Positions 1-11,504 of a stretch of 64,000 nucleotides of DNA are shown piece after piece; the first letter of the stretch is position 1; each line of letters begins with the position of its first letter. The stretch is from contig NC_081371.1 in the NCBI RefSeq assembly GCF_030684315.1, positions 24,547,440-24,611,439 on the forward strand, in the 5' to 3' direction. Position numbers and translations under genes: made by a program. Under the pieces are notes generated by a model. It saw only the letters and a program-made list of their open reading frames with translations. It searched no databases and was not told the DNA's origin. This stretch comes from Stegostoma tigrinum (Eukaryota).

Positions 1-815
1 GGAGTGCGCAGATAGGCAGCAGATGAGGTTCAGTGCAGAGAAGTGTGAGGTGATATACTTTGGTCGGAAGAATACTGAGAGACAAAATAAAACTTGGGTT
101 ACAATTCCAATGGCGGTGAGGAATAGAGGGATATGCATGTTAATGTGCACAAGTCATTAAATGTGCTAGGACAGGTGGACAGAGCAGTGACTAAAGCACA
201 CAGTGTTGTTGATCTTACGAATAGGGTCATAGAGTACAAGAATAACGAGGCGATATTGAACTCGTACACTGCACTCTTTAGATCTCAGCTGAAGTATTAT
301 GGACAGTTGTGGGAATTATAGAAAAGATGTAAATCTATTGGAGAGAATACAGAAGCAGGTTCACTAGAACAGCTCTAATATGAGGATCTCAGCAAGGAAG
401 ATGGATTGAATTTGGGACAGTTATCTCTAGAGAAAAGAAAGCTGAGTGGAGATCTCATAGAAAATTTCAAAATCATCAGCAGGCTGGACAGATTAAATGG
501 GGTGAAGCTGCTTCCACCCATAAAAGAGAAAAGAACGAGTGGATATTAATTTAAAGCGATGTGCATATGAAGCAAGGGAAACATGAGAAAGAGAGCTTTC
601 ACATAGCGAGTAGTTAGCATGTGGAATGCACAGCTTGGAAACGTGGTAGAGATAAGTTCAGTTGAGGAATTCAGGGGGCCTTTGGATGGTTATTTGGACA
701 GTAATGGTGTGCAGAGATTTGGGGAAAAGGCGTGAGATTAATGCTAGACAATAGAATTGGTGCAGCCACAATGGATATGCTGAATGGCCTCTTTATGCAC
801 CATAATAAATCTGTG
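1..815 (+). mobile_element. CR1-type LINE, decayed 3' end of ORF2 and 3' tail
   Basis: Degenerate RT C-terminal motifs (EKCEV-HFG, LYTALFRSQLKYY..LW, LSGDLIENFKII) and a CR1-like tail ('gctgaatggcctct...'). Confidence 0.8.
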
Positions 816-1070
816 ATTTTGTCCATATATTGGGAACCTTTTTTTGATGAAGGCAGATATAGATGACCAAATTCATCATTGTCTCCAGTGTGGAATGGAT
901 CAAAATAGAAAAGGCTGACCTGGAAAGACACCAAATACATCAAGAGAATTGTCAGGAATGTGCAGAAGAACAAGGGATCAGAAGGTGCACATAAGCACTA
1001 AACAACCCGAACCAACCTCTCAACCACCACCTGCTCCACATGTGGCAGAGTTTGTAGGTTTCACATTGGA

Positions 1071-1315
1071 GGGAATCTTGTGGCACAGTGGTAATGTTCT
1101 TACCTCTAAGCCAGGAGGCCAAGATTCAAGTTCCAAAGGTGTGTAACAATACTGTTGAACAGGCTAATTAAAAAATATGTTAGTCTCACATTGGAGGGGT
1201 CTTGTGGCAAAGCGGTATCCATGTACGCCTCCCTTTGAGTTAGAAGATCTGGGCTCAAGTCCCATCTGTACTGGATGTCTGCATGTCTGAATAAGTTGAT
1301 TAAAATAACTGGATC
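1071..1315 (+). mobile_element. Two tandem short tRNA-derived SINEs
   Basis: Each unit has A-box-like (gtggcacagtggt / gtggcaaagcggt) and B-box-like (gattcaagttcc / gctcaagtccc) motifs. TCACATTGGA occurs at 1061, 1186 and 1316, flanking and separating the units. Confidence 0.65.
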
Positions 1316-1816
1316 TCACATTGGACTTGTCAGTGATCTCAAAACCAAGGAAATGAGAGTGAAAACAAATTACACTCAGACTTAATGGGTTCCCTAACAG
1401 AAGTCAGAAGGGGAGACCTCTGGGACACTGCATGGTGGTGATGGAAAAGGCGGATATATGTATAGGTAAAAGATTGGCACCTGCTCTCCCATTTTACCAT
1501 TTGGCTTCAGAATGAATTACAAGGAAGCATAGTCAGCAATCTAAAACGTGACCTGCATGGACAATCAGGAAGTTCAGCAATTTTGCAGTGCAGTCTATAA
1601 TAAAATGATTAATTATTAATCAAGGTTCTATTACAAGTAATTCAATTAGCTAACAGCCAACTGATGGCACTTGATTAAAATAACATAATTTTCATTTTCT
1701 GCCTTGTGATCTAAATGGCACCTACTCTATCAGGGTGCAGATCTTCAGGTTAATCATCTTTGAAAATCCTTTCCTAATTTAAATTAGAGTGGTTCATCTG
1801 CTAACTGATAGCTTAC

Positions 1817-1899
1817 CCTATTCTGTTCAAGCAACTGGCAGAGATTGTGTTCTGTTGGCAGCCTGTGTTGATAGTGACTTTGATCTCTTGGTCACAGCA
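1817..1899 (-). CDS. NRIP2: NRIP2 coding exon 3 (start of retropepsin/Ddi1-like aspartic protease domain): CCDQEIKVTINTGCQQNTISASCLNRIG
   Basis: Acceptor tttcctcag| and donor |gtaagc; 83 nt, phase 0 in, phase 2 out. Aligns by eye to NRIP2/NRIP3 'C.DQ..V.VDTG.Q.N.IS..CL.RLG'. Not in the ORF track. Confidence 0.9.
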
Positions 1900-3029
1900 C
1901 TGAGGAAACAAGGGACATAAGTTACCAAAAGAATAAATACAAAGGAACTAGAAACAAAGCATAAGCAATATCTTTCTATCTTGATTATTAAAACACATGT
2001 AAAGCACATGAACATTTCTAATGTCAACATTTAATCTTAGCATCCTGATGATACACCACATTAAAATACAATGTACTCCGTTTAACCTACCTACATCCCA
2101 TTTCTGATGGTGCAAAATAGTTCATTACTCTTAGAGTATTCCCCATTCTTTTCAAGTTTGCCTTCTTGAAAATTATAATATTACTTTTTTTTATCTTGCA
2201 AGTCTAATTTAGAATGCATTATATTATGGTCGTTTTAAACTGCTTTCAGACATTTGTAGTATCTATTATTCCATGTCAATAATAATTACCCAAATTCTAG
2301 TCTTCTGCCCTGTACTCTTCATGACTATTTAATCTGTAGAATGTACATAAAAAGTCAATATAATATTTCAGTTATTTCATCTTATATTTTTCTATCAGTA
2401 AGTTAAATTCCTGAATACTTAAAACTTGATTTTAAAGAATATTTTAAGTTTTTAAAAATGCTGTTTTAGAGCTACTCCGACCCGGGGATCTGTATTATCG
2501 TATGTCACACTCATCTGCCTTGTGCCAAACTCTCTCATCCATTGTAGCTTGCCTGCAATTATTCTGTGCCATCCGTCATCCAACTGTGCTGAGGCTGACC
2601 CCTCTTTCTGCTACCCACCATGTTGCTCACTAGAAAAGATCTTGTAGCTTTTATGTTCTGATCCACTTGCCAAAATACTGACTTCTTCTTTCTCAGGTGT
2701 CAATTTTATAGTTCTTTTTCTCTTGCAACTTCAAGCACTCTTAACTTGCCTTGTGCACTTCAATGGAATTTGCATGCCTAGCAACAAATGCTGTGGGTTC
2801 CACTGGCTATATTTGCCTTAATAGTTGTTCACAGCTTCCAAGTGAACTTATCAAACATTCCTTATATTAGAACAATGCCTTAAAATTCAAGAAAGTGATT
2901 TTGCAAAATTGTGAAATGTGCTATGTGAATTCAAATAATAAATAGGATCAGTGGCCTTATTAATAGAGATAAAATAAATATGATTGTAAATATAATACCT
3001 ATTACAAATACTTGTGAAATATTGTTTAC

Positions 3030-3740
3030 ACTTCAGCTGCAATATTCCGTTTAGTTCTGAACACTACTTCGTAGAAAGGGGATCAAGGATGTGGAGAGGC
3101 TGAAGAGGAAACTGATTAGAATGGCAAGAGGGATGCGAGAATTCTTACGTGGAGAGACTGGAGAAAGTAGCGCTGTTATCCTTGGAGTAGAAAGATGAAG
3201 GGAAAATGTAACTGAGATTTTCAAATTGTGAAAAGTTTGAATAAATTAAGTGAGGAGAAACTTTCCAGTGGCAGAAAGATTATTCATCAATCTAAGGAAC
3301 AAAAACAAAGTTGCTGGAAAAGCTCAGCAAGTCTGGCAGCATCTGTGAAGGAAAAGACAGAGTCAACATTTCAGGTCCAGTCACCCTTCCTCAGAACCAG
3401 ACCCAAAACATTAACTCTGTTTTTGTTCCTGATTTACAGCATCCAACGTTCTTTCAGTTTTTAGCAATCTAAGGTGATTGACAAAGGAATTAAAGATGAG
3501 GCAAGGATTAGATCTTAATACACTGAGTTGCAGCCATCTAAATTATGCTGTCTGAATGAGGGTGAGTGAGTGGGTGGCAGAAATGGAATTAATCATTTTC
3601 AAACTGAAATTCGGTAAAAACATAAAACACTCAAAGGACCATGTGGGAATACAGGAATAGGCCTAAGTGGATAGCTCAACCAGAGTGCCGGAATAAGCTC
3701 GATGAATAGCTTCCTACTGTGCCGTATCGTTCTATTACTC
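3030..3740 (+). mobile_element. Old CR1 LINE 3' fragment, interrupted by a hairpin element
   Basis: Degenerate CR1 ORF2 C-terminus and tail; continuity across the 3298-3464 insertion. Confidence 0.65.
3298..3464. mobile_element. PLE-derived hairpin element, family B (hammerhead-like core at centre)
   Basis: TSD CAATCTAAGG (3288-3297 / 3465-3474). The minus strand reads ctgaggaagggtgactggacctgaaatgttgactctg. Arms are inverted. Confidence 0.75.
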
Positions 3741-3852
3741 AAGGAATGAACATTCCTTTGTCCTCCTGCCTCTCAACCCTTGGTAATGGTGCCACAGTTT
3801 CTTGAGACCGCCTTGCCTCGAGTAATTGGCTTCAAAATCAAGCCAGAGACAT

Positions 3853-4410
3853 ACTCATATTCTGCTTGGGAACCCTGCAGCCCAATGGTATCAATGTGGA
3901 CTTCACAAGCTTCAAAATCTCCCCTTCCCCCCACCGCATCCCAAAACCAGCCCAGTTCTTCCCCTCCCCCCACAGCATCCCAAAGCCAGCCCAGCTCGTC
4001 CCCTCCCCCCACTGCATCCCAAAACCAGCCCAGCTCGTCCCCTCCCCCACTGCATCCCAAAACCAGCCCAGCCTGCCTCCGCTTCCCTAACCTATTCTTC
4101 CTCTCACCCATCCCTTCCTCCCACCTCAAGCCGCACCTCCATTTCCTACCTACTACCTCATCCTGCCTCCTTGACCTGTCCATCTTCCCTGGACTGACCT
4201 ATCCCCTCCCTACCTTCCCACCTATACTCTCCTCTCCACCTATCTTCTTTTCTCTCCATCTTCGGTCCACCTCCCCCTCTCTCCCTATTTATTCCAGAAC
4301 CCTCTCCCCATCCCCCTCTCTGATGAAGGGTCTAGGCCCAAAACGTCAGCTTTTGTGCTCCTGAGATGCTGCTTGGCCTGCTGTGTTCATCCAGCTTCAC
4401 ACTTTGTTAT
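3853..4410 (+). mobile_element. 5'-truncated Penelope-like element 3' end (GIY-YIG C-terminus, ~39-bp repeats, pLTR with mutated hammerhead)
   Basis: Encodes LGTLQPNGINVDFTSF, matching the end of the GIY-YIG ORF at 15941-16444. Direct repeat CAGAGACATACT at 3844-3855 / 4411-4422. Motif ctgatgaagggtctaggcccAaaacgtc at 4320-4347. Confidence 0.85.
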
Positions 4411-4679
4411 CAGAGACATACTTGATTGAGTGAGTCTGATATCACATGGGAAACCCTAAAGTAAGTCCAGTGTGTACGATAATGGAATATTAATACAGCC
4501 AGCGTAATTTTAGTGTAAGGCTTTACAATCACTGCACAGCAAAGGGCATGAAGAGAGCCTGCATGAAATGATTTTTAATGCCAGTATCTAAAGGACCAAT
4601 CCAAAGATGAAATTTGGAGGAGTTCAGAGTTAGAACCCAAAGGAAGATGAATTTGATAACCGATTCAAAACAGTCTTAG

Positions 4680-5200
4680 GTTATGCTCCATTGCAATGAT
4701 ATCTCTGTTAATGCACTGTTGGTGTTAGGCAGAGCTAGAGAGAAATATGGATCTCTAGCAATGGGAGAATGAAACCTGCTGCTGCCAGAAAAAATGTACA
4801 TCTTATTTATGAGTTCATTCTAGAAGGCCTAATCAGGTTAGGAAAGGTGAGTAAGTCACACACCTGTAAGTGCTATGGTATGATTCACGACCATCCACTT
4901 ACTCTGTCTTATGATTCCTCTTCTTTCATATCACTCTTCTCACTTGCTCACTTTGTTAGTATGCCCAGCCTCCTTTTGTGTACTTTGTTACTTCCTCATC
5001 TATCTGTCCACTATTGCTATTCACGCTAATAGTCATCCTCACCAAATGCACTATATCCATAGGGTCATGAAATCTCATACACGCTCTTTTATACATTGCA
5101 GATAAAGCTCAGAACATTAGTGAAAGAACCAGTGGAGGTCCTTCACCGATACCCAGTTAACAGCTACAGAGAAAGAAGAGCTAGGGCTCAGGAGCAGTTT
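4680..5200 (+). pseudogene. Decayed Harbinger-type Myb/SANT gene relic with intron
   Basis: Fragments NDISVNALLVLGRARE..., GLIRLGK|gtgagt and ag|...ERTSGGP...LTATEKEEL resemble the MSANTD/Harbinger 'FNDL.RS.K / RTGGGP..LT..EE' pattern. Frameshifted. Confidence 0.45.
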
Positions 5201-7064
5201 GATGTCCTTGGTAATTGGAAATGGGAGCTTCCCACCCATCTGGTGACACAATTAAATGTCAGCACAAGGTATCAGCCATGGAACAATCAGTCATCTTGAC
5301 CTGTTTTCAACAGGAAATAAGATATTATCTTTTCCATAAAGCTGTTACAACATACTTACCTTGCAAGCAGTAATTCATAGCATTACACATTGCCACATCC
5401 TTCATGTATGTAGCAAGTGTCCATGGACTTCCTGAATGATAGATCCTTAGAAATGCTGAGTTGTCCTGAAGATGCACCATGAGAGGATTCTTGTTTATCA
5501 TAAGAAGTGCAAACTGTGGATATTGAGTGAGAGGGGGAAGGTCTCTGCTAGGGCTGCTCTGCAGGACATAGCTGGTGCAGCCCACAGACATTCAATGTAT
5601 AGAGAAACGTATTATTAAGAAGCGGCAGAGAACGTGTGACGTACTGACAGGCTTTTCAAACACAATGATCATGACTGCAGTAAGAATGGAGCGATCCATC
5701 TCAAGCATGAGTACGATGACGTTATATGACATTGCAGCAATACGTTCTTGCACGGATAACTGGCCAACTTTGTGAAACATCAAATGAGTCTGTGCACTCC
5801 TAGACAGCAGTCATATCCAACCGATAGTCAACATGACTGCCATCTTAGTTAATATGGTAGATGTCCTTTCCTTGCCCTTAGGGTGCTGCACAGATTAGCG
5901 CCTAAGTGCTCTCCTTCAGAGTGGTAACAGTGAAGTACAGTTGGCTTATGATTGAGAAGATTGCTAAAGGAGACATGCAAATAAAGACTCCTCTCAAAGT
6001 GCTTTCACTTTTCATCCATTGTACACCTTCCACCCACCCACCCCACCACCTTAATATCCCCCATCAGCTAATGATTGATATGCTATCATATGACGAAGTG
6101 TCCCCTTACACAGGCAAAGGTGGAACAGGTTATAGTGGTACCCCCCGGGCTCCAAAACCCAAATGTTACTGCCAAAGAGATCCTAGTCATCAGATCTCAG
6201 AAAGGGCCCAAGCAATCTGTCTCTACCTGTGCACCAGGTATAAATAGCAGGAAAAGAAACAGGAAAGCTTTGTAGTTCCATAAGATTATGTGAAGCTCTT
6301 ACGTTTTGAAGTCTCCACTCTAAGGACTTTCTGGTGACTTTTTGAAGCCTAATCCAGATATTCACATGTAATTTGAAATAGATCTACTTTTCCACAATAC
6401 TTCAAAACTCAAATCCTCAAACAGTAAATACAAAGCACCTTCAAAGCAATGTTGTCACCAGACACATATGGTGGTCACTGGGTTATTTTTAAAAGCACTT
6501 CATTCAGGAGATGTCAAGAGGAGCTGGATTGAAAGATTTTCAGGATTACAGCTGCCATCAATTTTCTGCTCACATGCTGGATTCCCAGAAAATATTTCAA
6601 AACAAGTAGAAGGTGTGTTGAGTGTGTTCTATCAAAAGGTTACACATTTTTTGAATTGCAAACAGTATCAAGTAGCCACAAATCCTATCATGTGACATGC
6701 AGTAAACTCGTCCAAGCCACCAGCTTAAGATGTGATTTCCAGTAAATGTACTTTAAAACATTCACAGTGTCATTTTAGTGACCTTTTCAAAACACCATGC
6801 CTCAACAGTTTTTCAAATGAACCAATTTAACAACTTTTAATGTGCATCGTCGAAAACATGTCAATAATGGAAGCATCTTTATAAAGCGTTAACATTTGGA
6901 GAAGTGAAATACCATTCTAAAATGTATCATTACAAAGTGTGAACAAAGAAATTAAAATATTTCAAACATTTTGAACCGCATTCACGTACACATGCAGATT
7001 TGGTTTGTAATTAATACAGTGTGCATGGTACCAACTTGATACACAGATAATTCAAACTGAAGTT

Positions 7065-7610
7065 AAATGAGGACACAAGGAATCAGCAAGGGAATGTAGA
7101 TAGATTGAGTGAATGGGCAAAAATTTGGCATGTGGAGTTGAATGTAGGAAAGTGTCACGTAGGAAGAATCAAAAGCAGACTATTATTTAACTAGAGAGGG
7201 ACTCCAAAAAAGTGCAGTCCATAGGGATCTGAGTGTTCTTGTGGAAAAAGCACAACAAGACGGCATGTAGGTATAGCAAGTCATTAAGAAAGCAAATCGA
7301 ATTTTCACCCGTTATTGCTAAGGGATTTAATACTAGTAAGGTCTTGTTACTATTGTGCAGTACATTGGTGAGATTGCCCCTGGAACACTGGATGTACTGG
7401 CATTAGAGGCAATTCAAAAGAGATACACTCAGCTGATTCCTGGAATGATGGGGTTGACTTGTTAAGAGCAGTTAAATAGATTAAGCCTTTATTCATTAGG
7501 GTTTATATGCATTTGGACTAATTTTATTGAAGCACAAAAGATTCTGAGGAAGCTTGTCAGAGTAGATAGTGAGAAGATGTTTCTGTTAGTGGGGGAATTT
7601 TGAACTAAAG
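7065..7610 (+). mobile_element. CR1 LINE ORF2 3' fragment
   Basis: DRLSEWAKIWHVELNVGKC..., RDLSVLV..., IKKAN motifs. Confidence 0.8.
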
Positions 7611-7744
7611 TGACTTCCCCTGACAGCAGGGCAGCATTTGATTGGGCATGCATGAAGAAGTACTGGCAAAATGGGAGTCAGCAGGAAGTGGGGGAAACTA
7701 TCCACTGTTTGGGGTCATACTTAACAATAAAGGAAGGTGTTACA

Positions 7745-7936
7745 GAGATAGTAGGAAATGCAGATGCTGGAGAATCTGAGGTAACACAGTGGAGAGCTGG
7801 ATGAACATAACAGGCCAAGCAGCATCAGAGGAGCAGGAAAGCTGACGTTTCGGGTCTCGCCCCAAAACGTCAGCTTTCCTGCTCCTCTGACGCTGCTTGG
7901 CCAGCTGTGTTCATCCAGCTCTACACTGTATTTTCT
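7745..7936. mobile_element. PLE-derived hairpin element, family A
   Basis: Inverted arms centred on ribozyme stem II (gctgacgtttcgggtctcgccccaaaacgtcagc). AATAAAGGAAG is repeated at 7726 and 7937. The tail is on the left arm only. Confidence 0.85.
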
Positions 7937-8506
7937 AATAAAGGAAGTTCGTTGAGTTGTTGAAGGTCAATCACTTCAATCCCAGTACATCACTATAAGG
8001 GTTCCTCGGATGAGTTATTCTGGTCAACTCTTAACTGCCTTCTGGGAAATAAATGCTGACCTAACCAGTCTCATAATTGCATGAAAATTTTAATACAAGG
8101 GAGCAGGGAGCGAGAATGGCACGTTTCCCGCTGTCAATCTGGATTATTTATTCCTTTGGCGTTCCCAGAGACCAGAGACACCATCAGATTTTCTTGTAAA
8201 GTATGGATTCCCTGCTGCTGACATTAAGTTCTGCTCTTAACATTTATTTCTGCAGCACTTGGAGCTATGTCTTCTAGATATTCCATCTGAGACCCCAATT
8301 AAACAAAAGCAATGAGCTGTTTAAATTTCTTGATTTATGTTGAACAGTGATCAGGGGTATTATACATTTTCCAGTCACCCTCCATTATCTTTTTGTATTC
8401 TTTGCAGTGGTGTAACCAATATACGGGAAGTTCTGTAGTGATAAAGATTACAAGGTTATTAGATGGAAAAATGACTTCATTAGATTTGTAATGGAGCTGC
8501 ACATAC

Positions 8507-8683
8507 CTTGCAGAAAACACTGAGTGTGTTCCTTTGCTTCAAACATGCAGTATCCTTGTTCATGTGAGACTTTGACTCCTCAGCAAGTGGTGATTGAGTC
8601 ACAGCCCCTCTGTCCAACTGGTCCCCATGTAATTTGGTGATGTTGCTCTCAAGTAACCGTCTTTGAACAATGTTGTGAGGTTG
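8507..8683 (-). CDS. NRIP2: NRIP2 coding exon 2: QPHNIVQRRLLESNITKL...TLSVFCK
   Basis: Acceptor gtcctcacag| and donor |gtatgt; 177 nt, phase 0/0. QPHNIVQRRLLE-N is the conserved NRIP2/3 motif following GTSKDL. Confidence 0.93.
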
Positions 8684-8772
8684 CTGTGAGGACAAACAGA
8701 AAATAAAACAAAGCAATGTATGTCTACTGTTAGGCTCTCTTCATTGCAGTACTGAACTGACTCAAATACAAC

Positions 8773-8946
8773 GATAGTAGGAACTGCAGATGCTGGAGAA
8801 TCTGAGATAACAAGGTGTAGAGCTGGATTAACACAGCAGGCCAAGCAGCATCAAAGGAGCAGGAGGGTCTAGGCCCGAAACGTCAGCTTTCCTCCTCCTC
8901 TGATGTTGCTTGGCCTGCTGTGTTCATCCAGCTCTACACATTGTTG
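8773..8946. mobile_element. PLE-derived hairpin element, family A
   Basis: Inverted arms; the right arm starts at ribozyme stem II (agggtctaggcccgaaacgtcagc). Confidence 0.8.
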
Positions 8947-9339
8947 CTTCAAAGTCAAGATCACTGTTGGCTTCAGTCAAAATGGACATGGAGGCCAAGT
9001 TTGACGCGTGCAGCATAAAAATAATGTCAAATGCTCCTGCTGAATTGGGGATATTGTCCAGACAAACAGTATACAGAGATATTAACCATATGTCTGCTAT
9101 TAACATCACTAATAATTTCTATTCTTGTGTCTTTTAAAGCTGATACTGCTACTGATTCCTCTTTGAACCTGTCTTCATGTTTTACTGTGCTATGCCACAG
9201 TAACTCGTTCTAAATGATAAATTCTCAAGAATGCAGACGATAACAGTGATTCTGGAAGACCAGATGAGGGGAGGGGGATTGCAGCGCAAAGTTGCTCCCA
9301 ATTGGACCAGCAATTTTCAACACAGCTTCAAAACCCTAA

Positions 9340-9560
9340 TAGAAATACTGAAATTCTGGAACAAGTAGTTCATGCAGTGTCTATGGAGAGAAAAGAAACA
9401 GTTTATGTTCCAGGTCTGACCCTTTCAACGGAACTGTAAATTTTTCTCAATTCTGGTTATTTGTTTTCTTTCCCCAGAGATAACACCTGACTTGCTGCAT
9501 GTTTCTACTACTTATTGTGTTTTAGTTTTCTAGCATTTACTGTACTTTATTTTTGATCAA
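9340..9560. mobile_element. Degenerate family-B-like PLE hairpin
   Basis: Decayed inverted arms around 'caggtctgaccctttca' and 'acctgacttgctgcatgtttctac'. Confidence 0.4.
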
Positions 9561-9762
9561 AATCTGGGTGTTTGGGAAATGAGCTGTGCCAAACGTGGGT
9601 TGTGCTTCACACTCTTGATTGTAAATTGGGTAGGATGAATTTTACAAGCTCGAGGCCAACCGCACCTCCATCCTCTTTTCTTTGCAGTTGAGTACGGCAC
9701 ACATTTTTAACATTTCATTCGGAGGTCATGGGAGCATTCTGCCCCTTGGTTGTTAAGACTGG

Positions 9763-10165
9763 GAGAGACAGAGATATAGTGGTATTGTTACTAGATGAAC
9801 AATCCAGAGACCCAGGTTAGTGTCCTGGGGCAATGAATTCAAATCCATCCTTGGCAGTTGGTTGAATTTAAATTTAATTCAGAAATCTGGAAAATAAAAC
9901 TCGTCTCAGTGATGGTGACCATAAAGCTATCATCAATTGTGATAAGTATAATCCTTCTGGTTCATTACTAGACCATTAAGGGAACCTACCATTCCTAACC
10001 AGTCTGACATATGTCTGACTCCACAGACACATCCATGTCATTGACACTTAACTAGATGAAGTTGCAACAGTCTAACAGACCACTCCATTCAAGGGCAATT
10101 AGGATGGACAGAAAATGCTGCCTTGCGAGCAACATCCACATCCCATGAAGAAATATAGAAATAAA
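9763..10165 (+). mobile_element. tRNA-derived SINE (family also at 28265, 36488, 47265, 52440)
   Basis: tagtggtattgttactag...gaattcaaatcc head; shared body 'ggttcattacta...gactccacagacaca...gggcaattaggatgg'; A-rich end. Confidence 0.75.
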
Positions 10166-10601
10166 GATTTTAGGATTATTATGCACATGGGTCTAAATAA
10201 CAGAATTAATTTAAGTGATTACCCACTTACTCTGGAAAAGTCAGTAATATGATAAAGTTGTGTCCTTTTGTTTTGCTTCTGTCAGTGGAAAATTCGAAGC
10301 TGTTTGCCATCATGAATAATTCATCTGTAATCCTTTGACACATCAACAGAAAGCAAATAGGCTAACACTGCAGATGGCCTCAGTCCTAGCCTGAAGAAAC
10401 ATTAGATAATAAATTTGAAGGCTCTGTTCCTTTGCCATTGGTGTCTACACACATAACATCATATAAGGGGCTTCCTGATGAAGACAGCATCACATTCTAT
10501 CTGAGATAATGGGAACTGCAGATGCTGGAGATTCCAAGATAATAAAATGTGAGGCTGGATGAACACAGCAGGCCAAGCAGCATCTCAGGAGCACAAAAGC
10601 T

Positions 10602-10629
10602 GACGTTTCGGGCCTAGACCCTTCATCAG
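10602..10629 (-). ncRNA. Minimal type-I hammerhead ribozyme motif (PLE-associated)
   Basis: CTGATGA-a-GGGTC-tag-GCCC-GAAAC-GTC. Core intact; stem III reduced to the palindrome ACGT; stem I only ~2 bp. Confidence 0.7.
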
Positions 10630-11476
10630 AGAGGGGGATGGGGGGAGGGAACTGGAATAAATAGGGAGAGAGGGGGAGGCGGACCGAAGATGGAGAGTAA
10701 AGAAGATAGGTGGAGAGGGTGTAGGTGGGGAGGTAGGGAGGGGATAGGTCAGTCCAGGGAAGACGGACAGGTCAAGGAGGTGGGATGAGGTTAGTAGGTA
10801 GCTGGGGGTGCGGCTTGGGGTGGGAGGAAGGGATGGGTGAGAGGAAGAACAGGTTAGGGAGGCAGAGACAGGTTGGACTGGTTTTGGGATGCAGTGGGTG
10901 GGGGGGGAAGAGCTGGGCTGGTTGTGTGGTGCAGTGGGGGGAGGGGATGAACTGGGCTGGTTTAGGGATGCAGTAGGGGAAGGGGAGATTTTGAAACTGG
11001 TGAAGTCCACATTGATACCATATGGCTGCAGGGTTAAACTGGTGAAGTCCACATTGATACCATATGGCTGCAGGGTTGATACCATATGGTATCAATGTGG
11101 ACTTCACCAGTTTCAAAATCTCCCCTTCCCCTACTGCATCCCTAAACCAGCCCAGTTCATCCCCTCCCCCCACTGCACCACACAACCAGCCCAGCTCTTC
11201 CCCCCCACCCACTGCATCCCAAAACCAGTCCAACCTGTCTCTGCCTCCCTAACCGGTTCTTCCTCTCACCCATCCCTTCCTCCCACCCCAAGCCGCACCC
11301 CCAGCTACCTACTAACCTCATCCCACCTCCTTGACCTGTCCGTCTTCCCTGGACTGACCTATCCCCTCCCTACCTCCCCACCTACACCCTCTCCACCTAT
11401 CTTCTTTACTCTCCATCTTCGGTCCGCCTCCCCCTCTCTCCCTATTTATTCCAGTTCCCTCCCCCCATCCCCCTCT

Positions 11477-11504
11477 CTGATGAAGGGTCTAGGCCCGAAA
11501 CGTC
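11477..11504 (+). ncRNA. Minimal type-I hammerhead ribozyme motif (PLE-associated)
   Basis: ctgatgaagggtctaggcccgaaacgtc, the mirror copy of 10602-10629. Confidence 0.7.

Noticed and set aside
3773-4364. Overlapping Pro/Ser- and Gly/Trp-rich ORFs (also 10585-11521, 15504-16100)
   Set aside because: They are by-products of the C-rich PLE 3' region and recur wherever the repeat occurs; they are not host genes.
5575-6275. Cluster of 60-113-aa ORFs in NRIP2 intron 2
   Set aside because: No recognisable domain; it adjoins a Harbinger relic and is probably decayed transposon sequence.
10475-10483. CTGATGAAG just outside the large fold-back
   Set aside because: No stem II or GAAA follows, so it is treated as coincidental.
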